Of a stretch of DNA of 32,000 nt, positions 25,286 to 32,000 are shown piece by piece (the stretch's first letter is position 1; each line of letters starts with the position of its first letter). The notes under the pieces were generated by a model. It was not told the DNA's origin. It ran no database searches and was given only the letters and a program-made list of their open reading frames with translations. The position numbers and the translations under genes were made by a program. Source of the DNA: Promethearchaeota archaeon (GTDB lineage: Archaea; Asgardarchaeota; Lokiarchaeia; Sigyniarchaeales; Promethearchaeaceae); assembly GCA_016933055.1 (NCBI GenBank), contig JAFGBS010000001.1:90001-122000 (forward strand), read 5' to 3'.

Positions 25286-25501
25286 ATGCAAGAAATCCAG
25301 CAACAGAATCAAGCTCAAGCGTTAATCCCCCAAAGCCTAAAAATCAGGATTAAGTGTCCTATTTGTAAAGCTTCTGATATCATTATCGTCAATCGGGAAG
25401 ACATTGGTCTTTTTGAAGAAGGACCGATTCGTCTAACAGTCCCGGCTAATACCATATGTGAGCATAATTTTACCATTCGATGTTTACGTTACCAAATCTA
25501 A
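25286..25501 (+). CDS. Small Cys/His zinc-ribbon-like protein, possibly truncated
   Basis: CPIC...ICEH ligand pattern in 71 aa, preceded by purine-rich aagaaggga. It resembles, from memory, an expanded Lokiarchaeal family (CPxC...VxIPxxxICEHxF). Confidence 0.55.
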   Translation: MQEIQQQNQAQALIPQSLKIRIKCPICKASDIIIVNREDIGLFEEGPIRLTVPANTICEHNFTIRCLRYQI

Positions 25502-25576
25502 TTCTGATTTCCTTTCTTTTTTTACTTACTACTCCAAAACTTTTTCCATTAGTGGAAGTATATTAGACAGAATTCT

Positions 25577-26872
25577 ATGAGTAGAATATTTAAAGAACCC
25601 GATATCGAAAACTACTATATTCGAGTCAAAAAACGTAATCTTGTAGTTTTATATGTAATAAACGTATTGCATGGTGTTGTGATTGGTTTTTTCAATTCTG
25701 TGTATCAATCACATTTATACAATCTAACATTGGATGAATTTAAGGTAGGTATTATACAGAGTACGGGATTTTTGATGATGCTCGTAGCAATGCTCTTTTC
25801 AGGCTTATTTGCAGAAAAGATCGGAAAAAAGAATATGATTTTGATTGGGACTGGAATTTTCATGTCTGGATTTGCGGTATTATACTTGGGACGAACCCCT
25901 TTTTTTTTAATTCTTGGTTCTATGTTGATCTATGGGGGATTTGGCTGTTTAGATCCCTCATGGGTTACAGTGATTTCCCATAACACTAATGAGAAAAATC
26001 GGGGATTGGTTTATGCTCTAATTTACTTCTTTTTCTTTGGAGGATCCATTGCAGGTAGTTTGGTAGTGAATCTATTGGAAGATTTTTCGATTATTGCAAT
26101 TATTGGTCTGGAAACAACTGCTGGGTTTTATTTTCTAATATCGATCGCTCTAATGTTCCTCGAAGGGCTAATCCAAGGAATGTTCTTAAATGATAAAAGT
26201 ATTTCTGAGAATCAAAAAAATCTTTTTGGGATGATTAAAAACAAAAAAAAAATATGGTTGGTATATATCCACGATAAAGCATTGTTATTATTACTCGTTT
26301 TCTTTATTCTGGACGCTTTTATTTGGGGAATTTCTATCCAGCTGTATTATACGGCACTACGATCTTCAGCAAACGGATTTGGAATCAGCGAGGCTGAATT
26401 AGCCCTTTATGTTGTATTTATCGTAAATTTAGGAAATTTATTGTTACAAATACCAGCTGGGTGGTTAGTAGATAAAATTGGGTCCAAAATTTCCTTTATC
26501 CTTTCAGAAATATTCGGTTTAGGATTTTTAATTGTCAATATTGTTACATGGTTCCTACCCCGAACTATGTTATTTCCCATGCTTATTGTAGCACAAGCGT
26601 TTTGGACATTAATGGCTGTTCCTTTTATTCCAGCACAAAATAAAATCATCACACGTATTTATCCCGAGCGTACTGCTGAGATTTACGGATTTATGAATTT
26701 TACACGCAATATTTTTTGGTTTGGAGCCGGCTATCTTGCAGGTTGGATTCTAAGGACTTACGGATTCACAGGACCACTGTTTGTGGGCGTAATTGGCGTG
26801 GTTTTAGAAATTATTTATTTATTTTTATTTATCGATGAGAAAAAATTAGTGCAACTTACTTCTGTAACTTGA
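25577..26872 (+). CDS. MFS transporter
   Basis: Motif A in both halves (GLFAEKIGKK; GWLVDKIGSK) and ~12 hydrophobic segments. Confidence 0.9.
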   Translation: MSRIFKEPDIENYYIRVKKRNLVVLYVINVLHGVVIGFFNSVYQSHLYNLTLDEFKVGIIQSTGFLMMLVAMLFSGLFAEKIGKKNMILIGTGIFMSGFAVLYLGRTPFFLILGSMLIYGGFGCLDPSWVTVISHNTNEKNRGLVYALIYFFFFGGSIAGSLVVNLLEDFSIIAIIGLETTAGFYFLISIALMFLEGLIQGMFLNDKSISENQKNLFGMIKNKKKIWLVYIHDKALLLLLVFFILDAFIWGISIQLYYTALRSSANGFGISEAELALYVVFIVNLGNLLLQIPAGWLVDKIGSKISFILSEIFGLGFLIVNIVTWFLPRTMLFPMLIVAQAFWTLMAVPFIPAQNKIITRIYPERTAEIYGFMNFTRNIFWFGAGYLAGWILRTYGFTGPLFVGVIGVVLEIIYLFLFIDEKKLVQLTSVT

Positions 26873-26958
26873 TCACTTGTTCAGTTTTTGAAGATCTTAT
26901 AGATTCTGAAAATCCTCATTTATCTCTTTAACTTTTAAGGGAAATTAAGGGATTTTTG

Positions 26959-26980
26959 GATTTACGATAGATCGTAAATC
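26959..26980. promoter_or_regulatory. Perfect 10-2-10 palindrome upstream of the ZIP transporter; candidate metalloregulator operator
   Basis: gatttacgat-ag-atcgtaaatc ends 13 bp before the ATG at 26994. Confidence 0.65.
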
Positions 26981-26993
26981 ATAAATATTCATA

Positions 26994-27752
26994 ATGATAG
27001 TTTTTCTTATGCATACTTTCATATATATCACCATTTTCGCAGTTTCCTCTGCATTAATAAATGCTTTTGGCATTTTAGCAATTGCTAAACAACGCAAATG
27101 GGTTGAAAAAGTCAAAACTTATGCAATCTGCTTTGCAGCGGGGATGTTAATTTCAACTCCGTTGGTATTAGCATTGCCAAATGCGGTAAATGCAGCCACA
27201 AAACCATATTATGCAGGTCTACTTGCTCTTGCAGGATTTATTTTTATGTTACTTTCAAATCGATTTATTCAATTTAAGACAAAACAATCCTCTCTTGCAT
27301 TTGGCATCACTGCTGCTGAAGGCATTGCAATCCATTCTTTAGTCGATGGAATCATATATACGGTAGCATTTTCTCATAGCATAATGACAGGAGTTGTCGC
27401 AGCCACAGGTCTAGTTATTCATGAATTTGCTGAGGGGATTATAACATATCTTTTCTTCTTAAAAAGTGATATACCTAACAAAAAAGCCAAATGGTATGCT
27501 TTTCTGGTAGCTGGATTAACAACACCAATAGGAGCGTTTGTGACATATCCTTTTATGAGCTTAATCCCACCTCATATCTTAGCTTTACTATTAGGGTTTG
27601 TGGGTGGGGTATTAATTTATATATCCGCTTCTCACCTTTTATTCGAGGCTCAAAAAAACCAAGATGAAAATAAAGATAAGCATTCAATCCTTGCACTTTT
27701 ACTAGGGGTTGCATTAGCATTGGTTATTGTATTTACAAATATATTCGGATAA
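26994..27752 (+). CDS. ZIP-family divalent metal transporter
   Basis: TM4 IHSLVDG and TM5 VIHEFAEG metal-site motifs, with ~8 hydrophobic segments. The start may be the Met at 27009. Confidence 0.9.
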   Translation: MIVFLMHTFIYITIFAVSSALINAFGILAIAKQRKWVEKVKTYAICFAAGMLISTPLVLALPNAVNAATKPYYAGLLALAGFIFMLLSNRFIQFKTKQSSLAFGITAAEGIAIHSLVDGIIYTVAFSHSIMTGVVAATGLVIHEFAEGIITYLFFLKSDIPNKKAKWYAFLVAGLTTPIGAFVTYPFMSLIPPHILALLLGFVGGVLIYISASHLLFEAQKNQDENKDKHSILALLLGVALALVIVFTNIFG

Positions 27753-27789
27753 TATTCTATAAACGCCAGCAAGATTTCCTTAAGACGTC

Positions 27790-29823
27790 TCACTTTCGCA
27801 ATTTAATTACTTTTTTCGACTTATAGAGCTTACGGATGTTAATATAGATATTTTTTCCTCGTTTTTTTCCCAATAAATCTTGCATTTCTTCTAATGATGC
27901 ATCAATTACTTTATCAGTGGTTTTAAAATGTTCTAATAGGAGATTGCGTATTTTCAAACCGACGCCTGGTATTGCGTCTAATTTTGGTGTCATTATCTTT
28001 TTCTCCATTCGTTTACGATGATGTATAATAGCTCTACGGTGATATTCTTGAGATATTTGCTGGAGGATATTATATCCTGGAGTGAAATCCTTCAAACGTA
28101 TCGGATTTCTCTCATCCGGGAATACAGCTTCCTCAATTTGTGTATGGATAGATTTTTTTTTCAATCCAAGCACCGGAATCGTTGAGATATTAAGCTTTTC
28201 TAATGCCAAAAATGCAGCATTCACTTGAGCTTTTCCTCCATCTATCAGGATTAAATCTGGAAGTGGTTGCCCCTCTTCTAGTAATCGAGTGTACCTTCTT
28301 GATACCAATTCAAACATCATGTTGGAATCTCCTAATATAGTTTGATTCCGAATGGTGAAACTACGATAATTCTTTTTTAGCGGTTTTCCGTTAACAAATT
28401 GAACGAGAGCTCCTACTGCTTCTCCCATCATCCATGTTGAAATATCAAAGCCCTCTATTATTTTTGGAAGATCCTCGAGTCCAAAAAGTTCTTTAATTTC
28501 CTTCAGTCCCACTAATGTTTTACGCTTAGAAGGATTCATCTTTAATATTGCATCTTCTTTCATTCCCAAATCTAAAAGTGCTTCAGATTCTAATGATAAT
28601 TTCTCATATTCATCTTCCAGCAAAACCATTATTTTTGCGTTCTTTTGGGCGATTCGCATCAAACCTTGTATATAATCGTCGCCCCAATTAGTTCTAAAGT
28701 GTAATGATTTTCCATATCTATCCTTTAACACCGATGTAAGTGAATCTAATTCCTCTAATGAGTTTATCTTGTCTGTGTCATTCAATGGTAGGACAATTTC
28801 ATCTGGAAGTGGACGATTTTCGTTCAGATAAAACTGTTCTATAAAGGAATTGATAATTTCTTTGTCTTTATCTATTTTTTTTTCTGTTTCTATAATAGTG
28901 GGAGTTTTTGCAGTTAATCTCCCATTTCGGATATGCAAAACTAATATTCCAATTTTTTTCGTAGTCTTAAAGAACCCAATCACATCCAAACTCATTTTAT
29001 TATCATAATTAATTATTGTCTGCCGCTCAATCATACCCTCTAGTGCTCGGATCGCATCTCTGTTCTTTGCAGCTTCCTCAAATTGCATATTTTCCGAACT
29101 AATTTTCATTTTCGAGTGTAAATCAATAATAATTTCCTCAATATCTCCACTGAGTATTTTATCCAAGCTTTTTATATTCTCTAAATATACTTTTGCGGTT
29201 ATTTTATTGGCACATGGTGCTGGACATAATCCTAATTGATAATTAATACATGGACGATCTTTCTCTTTACATGGTCCCGAACAAGAGCAATACGGAAAAT
29301 GCTTGCGAAGTAGTTTAAGCGTATCTTTCATTGGTTTCACATCGATATAGGGACCAATGAGTTTATTTTTTTCATCAAAATCGGGTTGGTTACGAGGAGC
29401 GCGGATAACTCGAATTCTGGGAAATTGCTCGGAATAGGTTATCACAATCCAAGGGAAGTTCTTGTCATCCCGTAGCATTACATTATAAATTGGCTGAAAT
29501 TTCTTGATCATATTATTTTCTAGGAGTAAAGCCTCTTTCTCGCTCTCAGTTACAATAATTTCGATATCCACTACTTCACTGACTAAATCGTGCAATTTCT
29601 GCCCATACAAAATTTCATCTTTTGTGCCCCCAAATTTATGTATTCGGAAGTAGGATGCTACGCGTCTTTTAAGAAATTTTGATTTCCCAACATAGATAAT
29701 GGAACCCTCTTCATTTTTAAAGAAATACACTCCTGGTTTGTCTGGTAAATTCTCAAGTTTGGAGCTTAGCAATATACTTGAGTTTTTTTCTGAGAAAATG
29801 CTGCTCACCTTAAGATATTGCAC
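27790..29823 (-). CDS. uvrC: Excinuclease ABC subunit C
   Basis: GIY-YIG (KPGVYFF...IYVGKS, EALLLENNMIK), Cys cluster, UVR domain (FEEAAKNRD), RNase H-like GFDIS/LIDGGKAQ, and HhH (IPGVG). The exact start is uncertain. Confidence 0.96.
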   Translation of the reverse strand: MQYLKVSSIFSEKNSSILLSSKLENLPDKPGVYFFKNEEGSIIYVGKSKFLKRRVASYFRIHKFGGTKDEILYGQKLHDLVSEVVDIEIIVTESEKEALLLENNMIKKFQPIYNVMLRDDKNFPWIVITYSEQFPRIRVIRAPRNQPDFDEKNKLIGPYIDVKPMKDTLKLLRKHFPYCSCSGPCKEKDRPCINYQLGLCPAPCANKITAKVYLENIKSLDKILSGDIEEIIIDLHSKMKISSENMQFEEAAKNRDAIRALEGMIERQTIINYDNKMSLDVIGFFKTTKKIGILVLHIRNGRLTAKTPTIIETEKKIDKDKEIINSFIEQFYLNENRPLPDEIVLPLNDTDKINSLEELDSLTSVLKDRYGKSLHFRTNWGDDYIQGLMRIAQKNAKIMVLLEDEYEKLSLESEALLDLGMKEDAILKMNPSKRKTLVGLKEIKELFGLEDLPKIIEGFDISTWMMGEAVGALVQFVNGKPLKKNYRSFTIRNQTILGDSNMMFELVSRRYTRLLEEGQPLPDLILIDGGKAQVNAAFLALEKLNISTIPVLGLKKKSIHTQIEEAVFPDERNPIRLKDFTPGYNILQQISQEYHRRAIIHHRKRMEKKIMTPKLDAIPGVGLKIRNLLLEHFKTTDKVIDASLEEMQDLLGKKRGKNIYINIRKLYKSKKVIKLRK

Positions 29824-30095
29824 TTAAATACATGATTATTGATTGGAATTATCTTTTATTATTCCAATTGTTCGGAATTGAAAATTATTACTATTGTGAA
29901 AAATTCGTAATAGGAGTAATTTTTATATTTAGGAAAATGCCATTATTACTTGGACTCCGTTGTTCAGTAAATTTCTATTATTTAGAAAATAGAATTCTTT
30001 AAAATTCGACTCTTTATGATTATTGAGACAATAGATCTCGCACATTACCCGAAAACTCATTGTACAGGTATTTCAAATAAGAGGGGTAGGACTAT

Positions 30096-30404
30096 ATGAC
30101 GAACAAATTTGTAAATGTAACAAAGAAAAATGAACTATTAGAATACTTTTCGGAATGTTTACTTCCTTTCAAAATTTCGAAATCAATCATAAATAAAAAT
30201 TTAGATCATGCATTACACCAATTTCACTTGGAAATGAAAAAGGATTTTTCTAGCTTCATAGAAACATCACCACAAGATATGAGATATATATTTTACCAGA
30301 TATTGATCAAACACTTCCTTATCTCTATAAATTCCGATAAACATGTGCTAGAACACGATGAACTGGAACAAATTACCAATAAGATCGAACATATGCTAGA
30401 TTAA
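30096..30404 (+). CDS. Hypothetical protein
   Basis: 102-aa ATG-initiated ORF with purine-rich gaggggtagga upstream. It fills the gap between uvrC and alaS; I recognise no motif. Confidence 0.55.
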   Translation: MTNKFVNVTKKNELLEYFSECLLPFKISKSIINKNLDHALHQFHLEMKKDFSSFIETSPQDMRYIFYQILIKHFLISINSDKHVLEHDELEQITNKIEHMLD

Positions 30405-30414
30405 ATCCCTAACA

Positions 30415-32000
30415 TTACGGTGGAATCATCTTCGAAAAGTGGATCTGTAGTTTCTTAAAGAGGGTTCTCTTCAGATCACCCCTCTCTTCATTTTTTTTAA
30501 TAGGCAGGTAACCTTGAAAATTATCTTTTCTCCCTCCTCCTTTGCCACCCATTTCAGTAACTACGGTCCTCATGATTTTTCCCAGATTAATACGTTCCGA
30601 TTGAAGTAAATTCTCTCCGAGTAACCCGTTGATAAGAATGCCATCAGATTGTTCTCCAATGGTAATAAAAATAGAATTTTTCTGGATTTTTATCAAATTT
30701 TGAGCAACAGCTAAAATTTCTTTTGGATTTAATCCCTCAAACTCTTTTATTACTAGATTTACATCATCTGTGATTGGGATACTTTCTTCCTTTTGGTCCT
30801 GCACTTGGTTTACCTTTAAGAATTTCACCAATCTCTTATATTCATTTAAATTTTTTAAGATTGTTTGTTCCAGAATATCACTGGGACATTTTAAGATGTC
30901 TGAAAGGACTTCTATTAGATCAAAATTACTCATTCTAATTTTTTTTCGTTTACGCAAAGTTAAAGCTGCATTTGGAGGACTACTCCCAGAACTAAGAGTT
31001 TTTTGTAGAATTTTTTTCTTATCCATAATTTCCTTTACACGTGAGATCAATCGATCTGGATCGACATCAAGGAGATTAGAAATTCTCTCAATTATTCGTT
31101 CATTTAATTTTTCTAAGCGATCTACTGCATTTCCTCCGGTGAAGGTGATTCGAATTATCCCATCTTGGATTTTTTGGGTTTTTAGAATTTTTATCTTACC
31201 TATTTCTGAAGTATTGTGCATATGGGTCCCTCCACACGCTTCTACATCCTCACCTGGGATCTCAACGATACGCACCATAGCTCCTGGGACTGCACCGCCT
31301 TGATATAATCCCATCCCGTACTTTTCCTCCGCTTTTGTTCGTGGCATCAATGTCGAATGCAGTTCTATACCCTCTTGGATTATTTCATTTGCGCGATCTT
31401 CAATTTGTTTAACCTGGCCTTCCGTTAAAGACTCGAAATGGGTTATATCCAAGTGGGCTTTGTCATAAGTTTTCTTTGCACTAGCCTGATTTACATGTTC
31501 TCCTAGTATTTGACGTGCTGCACCATTAATTACATGAGTGGCAGTATGGTTAGCAGCCAGTTGAATTCTCCAATCATCATTTACTTTTATCTTTACGAGA
31601 TCCCCTACATGGAATGAGGGTTTTGTATCTAAACAATGAATGATATAACCACCGAATTTTATCACATTGGAAAATTTCGTGTTATTTATGATTCCAATGT
31701 CATGTAATTGACCACCTGAAGTGGGATATGCTACCGTTTGATCTAAAATTACTGCCCAGCACGAACTCTCTTCTACAACCGTCTTTTCTATGAAAAGAAC
31801 AGTGGATTCACATTCAAGTAATAAATAATCATCATAATACAAAGGTTTAGTTTCAGGAATTCGGGGGTCAATGATAATATTAATATCTTTATGGGTTTGA
31901 GCTACTTGTTCTTTTTGTTCATGCAGTTCTACTACTTTTTGGTAGAAATTATCAGGTTTTTTAATTTTCTTCCCGAACTTCTTTGCTGCAGCTACTAGCA
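30415..32000 (-). CDS. alaS: Alanyl-tRNA synthetase, archaeal type; 3' part, runs off the right edge
   Basis: The frame stays open from the window edge (LVAAAKKFGKKIKKPDNFYQKVVELH...PETKPLYYDD), so the tracked start at 31842 is not the real start. YPTSGGQ, editing motifs NHTATH and EACGGTH, LYQGGAVPG, and C-Ala GGKGGG are present. Confidence 0.96.
   Translation of the reverse strand, partial: LVAAAKKFGKKIKKPDNFYQKVVELHEQKEQVAQTHKDINIIIDPRIPETKPLYYDDYLLLECESTVLFIEKTVVEESSCWAVILDQTVAYPTSGGQLHDIGIINNTKFSNVIKFGGYIIHCLDTKPSFHVGDLVKIKVNDDWRIQLAANHTATHVINGAARQILGEHVNQASAKKTYDKAHLDITHFESLTEGQVKQIEDRANEIIQEGIELHSTLMPRTKAEEKYGMGLYQGGAVPGAMVRIVEIPGEDVEACGGTHMHNTSEIGKIKILKTQKIQDGIIRITFTGGNAVDRLEKLNERIIERISNLLDVDPDRLISRVKEIMDKKKILQKTLSSGSSPPNAALTLRKRKKIRMSNFDLIEVLSDILKCPSDILEQTILKNLNEYKRLVKFLKVNQVQDQKEESIPITDDVNLVIKEFEGLNPKEILAVAQNLIKIQKNSIFITIGEQSDGILINGLLGENLLQSERINLGKIMRTVVTEMGGKGGGRKDNFQGYLPIKKNEERGDLKRTLFKKLQIHFSKMIPP

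Noticed and set aside
29824-30095. Several short imperfect inverted repeats in the 272-bp uvrC/hypothetical intergenic region (e.g. ttggaat...attccaa, ttctatt...aatagaa)
   Set aside because: The arms are 7 bp or imperfect and very AT-rich, as expected by chance here. There is no tRNA-like or CRISPR-like structure.
30770-31303. 177-aa plus-strand ORF inside alaS
   Set aside because: It is fully antisense to an essential, well-conserved gene, with typical shadow composition.
1-32000. tRNA, rRNA, CRISPR arrays, transposases, integrases, introns or inteins
   Set aside because: I saw no cloverleaf, regularly spaced 25-40-bp repeats, terminal inverted repeats with target duplication, recombinase motifs or intein ends. 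Intergenic gaps are all under 300 bp. A covariance-model search was not run, so small ncRNAs cannot be excluded.

Overview
An AT-rich, gene-dense archaeal window, most likely from an Asgard archaeon (Lokiarchaeia-like). This is inferred from the archaeal-type AlaRS and the eukaryote-like ubiquitin cassette. The standout locus is at 1955-7312. A co-oriented cassette encodes a ubiquitin-fold protein, a UBA3-like E1, an E2, a JAMM/Rpn11-like protease and a RING-type protein with about six transmembrane helices. A 283-aa coiled-coil gene is transcribed divergently from it across a 152-bp gap that holds a 9-11-9 inverted repeat. The ubiquitin-like protein has a SUMO-like acidic N-terminal tail and ends in AG-M rather than GG. 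Its tail carries a tandem lysine motif (VASKTP-TK-VVSKTPAP) that recurs with identical spacing at the head of the coiled-coil protein (IRSKTP-KD-IISKTPEP) and three more times at that protein's tail. This suggests a motif-directed, chain-forming conjugation system encoded next to its own substrate; that reading is inference and untested. The rest of the window is metabolic and housekeeping: class-III aminotransferase, two MFS transporters, AbgB-like amidohydrolase, anchorless molybdopterin oxidoreductase plus Fe-S subunit, M32 carboxypeptidase, TusA-like protein, acyl-CoA ligase, MoaD/SAMP-like protein, creatininase-family protein, CrtI-like flavoprotein with FNR/2Fe-2S partner, DUF362 protein, crotonase, alpha/beta hydrolase, ZIP transporter, UvrC and the 3' part of alaS. 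I saw no tRNA, rRNA, CRISPR array or transposase. All family assignments come from motif recognition by eye; no database search was run.
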